Source: Pseudomonadota bacterium
GTDB lineage: Bacteria > Desulfobacterota > Desulfobacteria > Desulfobacterales > UBA2156
DNA: 64,000 nucleotides
Assembly (NCBI GenBank): GCA_043806755.1
Contig: JAZDGS010000051.1
Location: forward strand, 4,546 to 68,545
Direction: 5' to 3'
The notes beneath the pieces are model-generated. The model did no database searches. It was not told the origin of the DNA and saw only the letters and a program-made list of their open reading frames with translations. The position numbers and the translations under genes were made by a program. Below, in pieces: positions 21,967 to 30,280 of this stretch. How positions within the stretch are numbered: the stretch's first letter is position 1; each line of letters opens with the position of its first letter.

Positions 21967-22608
21967 TCAATTCTCCTTTTCCCGGATTTGCGTAAGAGCC
22001 TTATCCTCGCTCTTCCCCGCACTGCCGACCCCTTTGATGAGAAGATCCACAAGTGGATCCGCCATTGAGACCAAATCATATTTCCCATTCGAATGCAGCC
22101 AGGTATTGATCACTTCATCGACCGAGCCGATAATGAAGCGCTTGACCAATCCCATATACAAATCCTTTCTCATGCTCCCTTCTTCCTGCCCATGTTCGAT
22201 AATCCCTGAAATCAGATCCAGATACATCTTTGACATCTCCTTGATCTGTTCTTCCGCCAGTCGGTTGATCTGATGAGTTTCCGTCTGGTAAACGACCGCC
22301 ATATTTTTGTTGTTCTGGAACTCTTCAAGATGCGCCCGGACAAGATTCCGTAGCTTCTCTTCGGCGTCCTGCCCTTTTTTCACCGCTTCCTCAAAGCGTT
22401 CAAATACCTGCTTGGTTTTGTATTTGAAAAATTGAATCAAGATATCGTCTTTATTTTTAAAATACAGATAAATGGTTCCATCGGCCACACCGGCTTCTTT
22501 TGCTACCTGTGAGACGGTAGACTGAAAGAAGCCATGATCGGCAAATACCTTTATCGCTGCTTCAAGGATGCGATCGTATTTGTCATTTCGCTTTCCTTTC
22601 GTCGGAAT
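21967..22608 (-). CDS. TetR-family transcriptional regulator (fatty-acid oxidation regulator candidate)
   Basis: The track ORF (GTG 22488) lacks the HTH. The in-frame upstream sequence reads IPTKGKRNDKYDRILEAAIKVFADHGFFQSTVSQVAKEAGVADGTIYLYFKNKDDIL, a canonical TetR N-terminus. No ATG, GTG or TTG occurs between the upstream in-frame TGA and this region. ATT at 22608 sits 6 nt after GGAGG. Confidence 0.8.
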   Translation of the reverse strand: MPTKGKRNDKYDRILEAAIKVFADHGFFQSTVSQVAKEAGVADGTIYLYFKNKDDILIQFFKYKTKQVFERFEEAVKKGQDAEEKLRNLVRAHLEEFQNNKNMAVVYQTETHQINRLAEEQIKEMSKMYLDLISGIIEHGQEEGSMRKDLYMGLVKRFIIGSVDEVINTWLHSNGKYDLVSMADPLVDLLIKGVGSAGKSEDKALTQIREKEN

Positions 22609-22642
22609 GGTACACCTCCTTTTCCATAAAAAGTTATTTAGT

Positions 22643-22660
22643 TGAATGAATGTTCATTCA
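22643..22660. promoter_or_regulatory. Putative TetR operator (site 2), 35 nt upstream of the tetR start
   Basis: TGAATGAATGTTCATTCA, identical to the site-1 core except for one central base. Confidence 0.55.
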
Positions 22661-22777
22661 TTTATCAAAAACCCGGATATAGTGTCAAGAAAAAAGTAAT
22701 TTATGGTTAATTTACTTTAATTTCGATCTTATATCAAAGAAGATGTCTTCCATATAGCAAATAAATTGGCATGGTTC

Positions 22778-22795
22778 AAAATGAATATTCATTCA
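22778..22795. promoter_or_regulatory. Putative TetR operator (site 3, one perfect half-site)
   Basis: AAAATGAAT|ATTCATTCA. The right half is identical to the core and the left half matches 6/9. It contains the perfect 10-bp palindrome TGAATATTCA. Confidence 0.4.
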
Positions 22796-22801
22796 ATTTG
22801 T

Positions 22802-22837
22802 GAAGCTCCCCGCGCTTAAGAGCGAGGCTTCCCGGTA
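22802..22837 (+). repeat. 36-nt hairpin repeat, copy 2
   Basis: GAAGCTCCCCGCGCTTAAGAGCGAGGCTTCCCGGTA, 3 mismatches to copy 1 at 20081-20116. Confidence 0.6.
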
Positions 22838-23006
22838 AGGAAAATATCTATTTCAGATAGCTTCCCTTGACCCCGCTTTAAAAGGCTGGGATTGCGGGAA
22901 TCGGACCGGTCAAACTAAAAAGGAGAGGGTCTTTAGGAGGTCTGCGTGCAAATAAAAAAGGCATCTGGTTTTGAACACAGATGCCTTAATATAAGCTGGA
23001 TAAGAT

Positions 23007-23207
23007 TTATAGCTTTCTTACATTTTTTGCCTCCGGACCCCGTTCGCTTTGTTCTACATTGAAGCTCACACGATCCCCTTCAGAGAGGGTTTTGAACCCG
23101 GGAGCATCAATGGAAGAATAATGGACGAACACATCTTGGCCGTTTTCTTGGTTAATGAATCCATATCCCTTTCTGTCATTGAACCATTTCACTGTTCCCT
23201 CTGCCAA
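23007..23207 (-). CDS. cspA: Cold-shock protein (CspA family)
   Basis: 66 aa, [15 protein letters not shown]...DVFVHYS, the RNP1/RNP2 motifs. Confidence 0.95.
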   Translation of the reverse strand: MAEGTVKWFNDRKGYGFINQENGQDVFVHYSSIDAPGFKTLSEGDRVSFNVEQSERGPEAKNVRKL

Positions 23208-23443
23208 GGCCCTGACCTCCTTTCAAAAATAACCAAAATTGAAACAAGCCCCCGGTCGTCACGCCGGCAAAGGAACCATTCCTAAGAGCGATGTCGACCT
23301 CCCTTTGCCCGGACATGTTTCAGACAGCATGGCTGATTTGTCGATGGAAACCCGCCCGGCAACGAACCATATGGCAAAAAAATATCAGAGGTCAAGCGAA
23401 AAAATCGGTTGCGGGCTTGAAAATGACGGGGTTTTTGATAAAG

Positions 23444-24193
23444 ATGTCTTCATTGCAAAAAGAGCCGGAGCCGATGAGCATCCCCCTTTCGATCATTATC
23501 CCCGTTTACAATGAATCTGACATCATAAATGACACGCTTCAGCAGCTCTTGAGCCGGCATTTTTACTTTCCCTTTGAAATAATCGTTGTTGACGGCGATC
23601 CTAAAGGAACCACCATCGCGTCCATCTCTTTTTTGCACATCATCAAAATCATCGGGAAAAAAGGACGCGGATCCCAGATGAATGCAGGCGCCCGCCTGGC
23701 AAAAGGTGATGTGCTGCTTTTTCTGCATGCCGATACCCTGCTCGATTCAGGTGCATTCGAAAAGATCATGTCGGTGATGAACCATCCCCAGGTTTCGGCC
23801 GGAGCGTTTCAGTTGGGCATCCGGTCCGGAAAGACCGCCTATCGAATCATCGAAAAAGCAGTAACTTTCCGAACCCGATTCTCAAAAATCCCTTACGGCG
23901 ATCAAGGGATCTTTGTTCGAAAAAAGACGTTCTTCCAAATGGGGGGGTTTAAGGACATTTCTATCATGGAAGATGTGGATCTGATGAGGCGGCTAAAAAG
24001 AAGCAAAAGAAAAATCGTCCTGCTTTCGGAAAAAGCATACACGTCGTCGCGGCGATGGGAAAAGGAAGGAATCCTCTACTGCACCCTTCGAAACTGGGCG
24101 CTGATATCGCTCTATCTGTTGGGCCTGCCACCGTCGAGACTTGCCAGGTTTTATCGGTCGCGCCGATCCAGGCTAGCCGAAAAGATAGAATAA
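23444..24193 (+). CDS. Family-2 glycosyltransferase (small TIGR04283-like type, from memory)
   Basis: LSIIIPVYNES...EIIVVDGDPKGTT...GRGSQMNAGARLAKGDVLLFLHADTLL...YGDQGIFVRKKTFFQMGGF..MEDVDLMRRL...SSRRWEKEG. The start is uncertain (ATG 23444 or 23474). The track's 23291 start looks too long. Confidence 0.75.
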   Translation: MSSLQKEPEPMSIPLSIIIPVYNESDIINDTLQQLLSRHFYFPFEIIVVDGDPKGTTIASISFLHIIKIIGKKGRGSQMNAGARLAKGDVLLFLHADTLLDSGAFEKIMSVMNHPQVSAGAFQLGIRSGKTAYRIIEKAVTFRTRFSKIPYGDQGIFVRKKTFFQMGGFKDISIMEDVDLMRRLKRSKRKIVLLSEKAYTSSRRWEKEGILYCTLRNWALISLYLLGLPPSRLARFYRSRRSRLAEKIE

Positions 24194-24676
24194 AACGGCC
24201 TTGTCTCCGCTGTCCGTCGGATCCATGTGGTCAAACTGAACTCCGATCATTGAATCGGATATGTTTTTTACGATTACCTTTTTTTTCACAAGAGATCTTG
24301 CGGCATCATCGAGGTGAAATTCAACCACCAGCCTATCCCCCAACACGACATTCACTTTTCCCTTGACTTGAAATCGCAGGCCGCTGCGGGATAAATCGAG
24401 GATGACGACGTCCCTGGACTCCTTTGTTTTTGGATTATAATAAATACCGAAAAGCTCGGCCCTTTTCCTGAACGCTTTTCTTCTGTCCAAAACGATCATG
24501 AACTCATGCCCGCACTTGCAACGGATTGTTGCCCTGATCTCCCGCGGCAAGCTCAGATATTTGGACACATCTTCCGTCCTCGATCGAGAGCACTTCGGGC
24601 ATACGAACGTGGCGAGATTGTCGGCGGATATGTGAATTTTTTCCGTCATGAGTTGCTTGCTTAGATCTCCCGGCAA
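24173..24676 (-). CDS. PilZ-domain c-di-GMP receptor with N-terminal zinc-ribbon
   Basis: CPKC..(21 aa)..CKCGH zinc ribbon, then the PilZ motifs RRKAFR (RxxxR) and DLSRSG (DxSxxG). The 3' end overlaps the convergent GT2 gene by 21 nt. Confidence 0.8.
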   Translation of the reverse strand: MPGDLSKQLMTEKIHISADNLATFVCPKCSRSRTEDVSKYLSLPREIRATIRCKCGHEFMIVLDRRKAFRKRAELFGIYYNPKTKESRDVVILDLSRSGLRFQVKGKVNVVLGDRLVVEFHLDDAARSLVKKKVIVKNISDSMIGVQFDHMDPTDSGDKAVLFYLFG

Positions 24677-24969
24677 TTCATCAGTTGCTAAGGGTCAGGT
24701 CCATGAAATATGTTTAACTGGAAAGGAAATTGTATGACATTGTTACGTACGTATTTATCCAAACTTGAAAAAAATATCAACAGGGTTCTACTGTTCATAT
24801 TCCTGTCGGAATTTATATTGCATTCTACAAGCCTATCCGTTATCTTATTTCCATCCATATACGGCCGGTTTGAGCATCCGTGCTATTCCGGCAAAACTTC
24901 TTATTTTTCCTTCGGGATGGAACAGCACCATCTGTTTTGGTGTTTTGAGATCACTTCAGGAGAGCCGAA

Positions 24970-25287
24970 ATGGATTTCCAAACTCTCGCAGACGACCTTG
25001 GTTTTGATTTGGAGGAATTTAAGGAACTGGTTGAACTTTTTGTGGATACCGGAAGCGCCGACCTCAACTCGATGTTCTCCGCCATCGAAGAGAAGAATGT
25101 CGAGAAGGCGGCCAAAGCCATTCATTCCCTAAAAGGCGCCTCCGGCAACCTTGGATTCATTGAGATTCACCAAATCGCAAAAAAAATGGAAATAGACGCC
25201 AGAAACAATCGGCTTGAAGAAATTTCAGAGCCGGCCAAATTAATAAGAGAAAAAATGAAAGCCATTTCCGACCAGTTGAACGGATAA
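24970..25287 (+). CDS. Hpt (histidine phosphotransfer) domain protein
   Basis: 105 aa, ..AAKAIHSLKGASGNLGF.., the HxxKG phosphotransfer motif. Confidence 0.8.
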   Translation: MDFQTLADDLGFDLEEFKELVELFVDTGSADLNSMFSAIEEKNVEKAAKAIHSLKGASGNLGFIEIHQIAKKMEIDARNNRLEEISEPAKLIREKMKAISDQLNG

Positions 25288-25339
25288 AACCGTCGAACGC
25301 ACCGAAAAAGCCCATTCCAAGGACGAAGGGATCGCGGAA

Positions 25340-26290
25340 ATGACAGACAAGGGGCTGAAAAGCGACTTTCCGATACTGATCGTCGAAGACAGCCCGGTAT
25401 CCCGAAAGATACTGGAGAAAAACCTCCTTAAGGCCGGATATGAAGTGACTTCGGTGGAAAACGGCCTGGCGGCTTTGGAGAAACTTCAAAACCGGTTTTT
25501 CCCCATCGTTTTGAGCGACTGGATCATGCCTGAAATGGATGGGCTTAACTTATGCAGGGCGATTCGAGAAGGACATTTTCAGGGGTATATTTTCATCGTT
25601 TTGCTGACTGCCAGGGATTCCAAATCGGATATTATCGCCGGCCTGGAAGCCGGCGCCGACGATTACCTGACCAAACCCTTTCACAGTGCCGAATTGATGG
25701 CGCGAATTCAGACAGGGATTCGGATCCTGAATTTGGAAAAATCCCTGAAAAAAGCCAACGAGGAAATTCAGCGGCTTTCAAAAATCGATCCCCTCACCGG
25801 ATGCTTTAACCGTAGTTATCTCAATGAGCGCCTGCCGCATGAAATATTGCGGGCGAGAAGATACCGGCACCCTCTGTCCCTGATCCTGAGCGACATCGAC
25901 CACTTCAAGAAAATCAACGATACCCATGGACATCTCATCGGAGATGCCGTGTTAAAAGATTATGCGAACGGATTAACGGCGGGCATTCGGATCAACGTCG
26001 ACTGGGTGGTCCGATACGGCGGAGAAGAATTCATCATCATTCTTCCTGAAACCACGTGCGATGATGCAGTTCGTGTCGCTGAACGGCTCCGAATGAAAAT
26101 TGAAAAGATGAAAATTAAGATAAACGGCGATTCGTTATTCGTCACCTCCAGCTTTGGAGTAACCGGATTCGACACCTCGGTTTCCGATGAATGGATTTCT
26201 CCCGAAATGATGATCAAGCGGGCGGATGAATATCTTTATCAGGCCAAACAGACCGGACGGAATCGGGTCAACGGCGGATTGATGGAGTAA
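25340..26290 (+). CDS. Response regulator receiver - GGDEF diguanylate cyclase
   Basis: REC domain (ILIVEDSP...VLSDWIMPEMDG...LTAR...GADDYLTKP) followed by GGDEF (DPLTGCFNR...SDIDHFKKINDTHGH..GD...RYGGEEF). An RxxD-like I-site context is present. Confidence 0.9.
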   Translation: MTDKGLKSDFPILIVEDSPVSRKILEKNLLKAGYEVTSVENGLAALEKLQNRFFPIVLSDWIMPEMDGLNLCRAIREGHFQGYIFIVLLTARDSKSDIIAGLEAGADDYLTKPFHSAELMARIQTGIRILNLEKSLKKANEEIQRLSKIDPLTGCFNRSYLNERLPHEILRARRYRHPLSLILSDIDHFKKINDTHGHLIGDAVLKDYANGLTAGIRINVDWVVRYGGEEFIIILPETTCDDAVRVAERLRMKIEKMKIKINGDSLFVTSSFGVTGFDTSVSDEWISPEMMIKRADEYLYQAKQTGRNRVNGGLME

Positions 26291-26406
26291 AAGCGAAGTC
26301 CCTGAATGCGAGGGGCTTTCAAACCTTCTCCGAATGGGAAAACAGACCGGTCTGAGGCTCTAACCATTGGAATACGGGACTTACAAAAGAGAAAAGAGAG
26401 AGCGAC

Positions 26407-28623
26407 ATGTCAGATGAAGCCAGAGAAAAAGAAAAATCCGGCAAGAAACGGCTGAAACTCGGCGAATATCTTCTTCTTTCCGGGATCATCAATCAGAAGA
26501 CATTGGATCATGTTCTTGAACTCCAAAAAACCCAGAAAAAGAAAATCGGTCAGATTTTGATCGATCTGGGTATTGTGGATGACATCGTTATTGCAAAAGC
26601 CCTGGCACAACAACTGAAGATTCCTTACATGCGCCTGACAAATATACTCATTTCCAATGAAGCCCTCGAACTGGCTCCCGCAGCACTCGTCGAAGAAAAC
26701 GTGTTCGTTCCGATTCGTATAAAAAACAAAAAACTGACGATCGCCATGGCAAACCCCTTAAATGTTTATGCCATCGACGATTTGCGCTTCGTCATCAAGA
26801 TGCCAATCGAAATCGTCGTCGCACCCGAACGCGATGTCCTGGAAATAATCGAAAAACACTATCACAGAAAGCGATCGTCAATGCTGGATATGGGCTTTTC
26901 TGCCGAAACCGATGAGAGCATCGAGATTATCCAGCCTCTTAAAGAGAGTGAAGAAAATATCCAGGACCTGCTGAATATTGCAGAGCTTCCGCCGGTAATC
27001 CGATTTGCCAACACCATCATCGCCGATGCCATCAAATTAAACGCCAGCGATATTCACATCGAACCTCAACAAGACTCCGTCGTGATTCGATACCGGGTCG
27101 ACGGCGTCATGCGGGAGATCATGAAAACGGACAAACATGTCCACCCGCCGCTCGTGTCGAGAATCAAAATTATCTCCAATCTGGATATCTCCATCCGCAT
27201 GAAGCCCCAGGATGGAAAAACCCAGGTTAAGGTCGGCACCAAGCGTTACGACCTTCGGGTATCCTCCCTTCCCACCTCATACGGCGAAAAAATCACCATC
27301 CGTATTCTGAATCCGGCAACAGCCCTGATGACCCTTGAAGAACTCGGTTTTTCGCAAGATTCGCTCATGCATTTCACCGAGGCCATCCAAAAACCCCAGG
27401 GGATCATTCTGGTTACCGGTCCAACCGGAAGCGGCAAAACCTCCACCCTTTACGCCTCCATCAATAAACTGAATTCGCCTAAGGTGAATATCATCACCGT
27501 GGAAGATCCCGTGGAATACGACATCGCCGGCGTCAATCAGGTGCAGATCAATCCGAAAGCGGGAATCTCCTTTGCGGCCGGCCTTCGGTCTATTTTGAGA
27601 CAGGACCCGGACATCGTCCTTGTTGGAGAGATTCGGGACAACGAGACCGCCGGAATCGCATTTCAGGCGGCCCTTACCGGCCATCTGGTCTTTTCCACCC
27701 TTCATACGAACGACGCTCCGTCTGCCGTCACCCGATTATTGGATCTGGGAGTGGATGCATTTCTGATCCCGGATGCACTGGTTGCCGTACTGGGTCAGCG
27801 GCTCGTCAGAAAAATATGCAACGAGTGCAAAGAGCCGTTTGATCCGGACCCCAAGACCATCGAAAGGATCCGCTCTTATCTGCCCAAGGATAACCAGACA
27901 CGCTTCTGGCACGGAAAAGGGTGTGAATCCTGTCAATTTTCAGGCTATACTGGAAGGATCGCCATATTTGAAATCCTGATGATCACCTCTTCGGTAAAAG
28001 AAGTGATCGCCCCCGGCATCTCTTCAATTGTTCTGAAAAAAGCTGCCGAACGGGAAGGATTCCACCCGATGGTAGTTGACGGTATTCAAAAAGCACTGCA
28101 GGGGATCACCACCATCGAAGAGGTTCTTCGCGTCGCCACCCTGGAGGTCGAAGATGAACTGGGGAAGGAACACCCTGAACCCTCCTCGCCGCCCTCAGCA
28201 GAAGAATGCCGCATGGATATGGGAGTGATACCCTCAGGCCCTCCCATCAGCGACACCAAAACGGTCCTGGTGGTGGATGACAATGCCGTGGCCCGGAAAG
28301 TCGTCCGACAAATACTGGAGGCGGAACATTATGAAATCACCACTGCTGAAAACGGCCTGGAAGCATTAAAAGCCGTTTCTCAGCAAAAACCGGATCTCAT
28401 TGTAACCGATCTGATGATGCCGGAGATGGATGGAATGTTACTGATTAAGAAACTCAAATCCCAGCTCGCCACCCGTTTGATCCCCATCATCATGCTTACG
28501 GCAAAGGACGAGGTCGATTCGGAAGTAAGGGTTATCGAAGCAGGCGCCGACGACTATTTGACCAAGCCGATCAGCCGCAAACGATTCGTCGCAAGGGTAA
28601 ACCGGCTCATGAGAAATGCATAA
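26407..28623 (+). CDS. GspE/PilB/MshE-type secretion ATPase with N-terminal tandem MshEN c-di-GMP-binding motif and C-terminal receiver domain
   Basis: N-terminus KLGEYLLLSGIINQKTLDHVLELQ-KTQKK-KIGQILIDLGIVDDIVIAKALAQQ, two copies of [RK]LGxx[LIV][LIV]xxG[LIV][LIV]xxxxLxxxLxxQ separated by 5 residues. T2SSE core with Walker A GPTGSGKT, Asp/His boxes and the tetracysteine CNEC...CESC. C-terminal REC domain (VLVVDDN...IVTDLMMPEMDG...LTAK..GADDYLTKP). Confidence 0.9.
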   Translation: MSDEAREKEKSGKKRLKLGEYLLLSGIINQKTLDHVLELQKTQKKKIGQILIDLGIVDDIVIAKALAQQLKIPYMRLTNILISNEALELAPAALVEENVFVPIRIKNKKLTIAMANPLNVYAIDDLRFVIKMPIEIVVAPERDVLEIIEKHYHRKRSSMLDMGFSAETDESIEIIQPLKESEENIQDLLNIAELPPVIRFANTIIADAIKLNASDIHIEPQQDSVVIRYRVDGVMREIMKTDKHVHPPLVSRIKIISNLDISIRMKPQDGKTQVKVGTKRYDLRVSSLPTSYGEKITIRILNPATALMTLEELGFSQDSLMHFTEAIQKPQGIILVTGPTGSGKTSTLYASINKLNSPKVNIITVEDPVEYDIAGVNQVQINPKAGISFAAGLRSILRQDPDIVLVGEIRDNETAGIAFQAALTGHLVFSTLHTNDAPSAVTRLLDLGVDAFLIPDALVAVLGQRLVRKICNECKEPFDPDPKTIERIRSYLPKDNQTRFWHGKGCESCQFSGYTGRIAIFEILMITSSVKEVIAPGISSIVLKKAAEREGFHPMVVDGIQKALQGITTIEEVLRVATLEVEDELGKEHPEPSSPPSAEECRMDMGVIPSGPPISDTKTVLVVDDNAVARKVVRQILEAEHYEITTAENGLEALKAVSQQKPDLIVTDLMMPEMDGMLLIKKLKSQLATRLIPIIMLTAKDEVDSEVRVIEAGADDYLTKPISRKRFVARVNRLMRNA

Positions 28624-28716
28624 TTCGAGCAGGTACACTTTGGGCAAGGAAAAACAAAAAGAGGAAAGCATTGCCGCCAAACGATTTTGCATCGGGACAA
28701 GATGGAGGATCAACGG

Positions 28717-29154
28717 CTATTTGCCTTTCAGGATGCGGATGATTTTGGGCTTGTAATGTTCTCTTTTGGCAAGCTGGTTTCCGGAGAGCCGGACAAGTAA
28801 AAAGGCTATGATAAGAAATAAAAAAGCGCCTATAACCGACATTGCAGGAGGATCAACATTGAAAAAGGGGGCGATCTTCTGGCCGGTAAATCCCCCTATC
28901 ATCAGGCTTAAAATGGGAAAGATATAAATGAGAAATGAGGCCTTCATGAGCGAGGAGGTTTCAAAACCGATGAGCACGCGATCACCCTCAAGTGCGCCGG
29001 CTGAGTTGATCGCTTCCACCTCCATTTCCTTCCCCCCGCCCAAGGTCGAACATGCGCTTTTGGCTGTGCATGATTCACAAGCCCCTGTTCTCTGTGTCCG
29101 GACCCGGGCATTCGCCCCTTCCCGGGAGATGACGATCCCTTCTTCGGTTGTCAA
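28717..29154 (-). CDS. rseC: RseC/MucC-family (SoxR-reducing system) membrane protein
   Basis: 145 aa, N-terminal ..RTGACESCTAKSAC.., then two TM helices. Confidence 0.7.
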   Translation of the reverse strand: MTTEEGIVISREGANARVRTQRTGACESCTAKSACSTLGGGKEMEVEAINSAGALEGDRVLIGFETSSLMKASFLIYIFPILSLMIGGFTGQKIAPFFNVDPPAMSVIGAFLFLIIAFLLVRLSGNQLAKREHYKPKIIRILKGK

Positions 29155-29458
29155 AAAAGTATCCAGCGATAAAAAGGTGGTGGATTAAAACAGCCTCGTT
29201 TTCACAAAACGCTTTACTGCAAAACTGCCGATCGATCTCTTTTGTGCGTTTCTGATCGTTGGTAACGGATTAATCCGCATTGTCCGAAATGTCAACGATG
29301 GCGTTGGCAGGTCTTAATCGGTTTTCGAGGATACCATTGAATGTGACGGCTAATTCCATTTTTGCCACTTTAACTATCCTGGTTTTTATTGTAGACTTAC
29401 CGATAAGCGCCATATTTTAAACAAAGCCCGATTCGGATGGTGCCGATCCCGGCAAACG

Positions 29459-30280
29459 ATGAATCCCTATAAGCAACAGATTATTGAGACCGCACAATTC
29501 ATCCGGAAACGGATTCACGCCGATCCGGAATACGGACTGGTCACCGGAACAGGACTGGCCGGCTGTGCAGAGGCATTTGAACCTATCGCTTCTATTCCAT
29601 ACCGGGAAACCCCCCATTTTCCGTTCTCAACCGTCTCCGGCCATCCCGGGCGGATTCAATTCGGAAGTATCGGCGGTAAACACATCATCGTCATGCAGGG
29701 GAGATACCATCTGTATGAAGGATACTCTCCAGGGCAAGTCGTTTTCCCGATCCGGGTGATGCAGGAATTGGGGGTTCGGATGTTGATCCTGTCGAACGCG
29801 GCAGGCGGGGTGAATCCCCAATTCCATTCAGGGGATATCCTGATCATCACCGATCACATCAACCTGACCGGCTCAAATCCTCTTGCCGGACCCAATGAAG
29901 ATCTCTGGGGAGTCCGCTTCCCGGACATGAGCCGGGCATATGATCCTCAACTGATACGCCTTGCCGCCACTGTTTCGGCGGATTTGAAAATCCCAATTAA
30001 AAAGGGTGTTTATGCCGGACTTCACGGACCATCCCTTGAAACACCGGCTGAAATCCGGTATCTTAGGCTCATTGGAGCGGATGCGGTCGGATTTTCAACG
30101 GTGCATGAAACCATTGCCGCTGTTCATGCTCAAATGGCCGTTCTCGGAATTTCCATTATCACCAATGTTCATAATCCTGAAAAGCCGGAGCCGACGACGG
30201 TTGAGGCGGTTATTTCCGTTGCGGAAAAGGCTGGACCCTCCCTAAGCGGATTGATCCGGACAATTCTTTTAAGAAAATGA
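29459..30280 (+). CDS. punA: Purine nucleoside phosphorylase, trimeric PNP/MTAP family (possible methylthioinosine phosphorylase)
   Basis: 273 aa, ..GRIQFGSIGGKHIIVMQGRYHLYEGYS...ILSNAAGG...VGFSTVHE... The stop overlaps the mtaD start (ATGA). Confidence 0.85.
   Translation: MNPYKQQIIETAQFIRKRIHADPEYGLVTGTGLAGCAEAFEPIASIPYRETPHFPFSTVSGHPGRIQFGSIGGKHIIVMQGRYHLYEGYSPGQVVFPIRVMQELGVRMLILSNAAGGVNPQFHSGDILIITDHINLTGSNPLAGPNEDLWGVRFPDMSRAYDPQLIRLAATVSADLKIPIKKGVYAGLHGPSLETPAEIRYLRLIGADAVGFSTVHETIAAVHAQMAVLGISIITNVHNPEKPEPTTVEAVISVAEKAGPSLSGLIRTILLRK

Noticed and set aside
20175-22088. Long N-terminal extensions in track ORFs: acd to 22088, mtnP to 33202, korG to 38606, purM to 59670, hutH to 50628, ABC ATPase from 6543, etfB to 15845
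   Set aside because: - The extensions overlap upstream genes or add non-homologous, Arg/Trp-rich residues.
- Internal ATGs with good Shine-Dalgarno sequences coincide with the conserved family N-termini.
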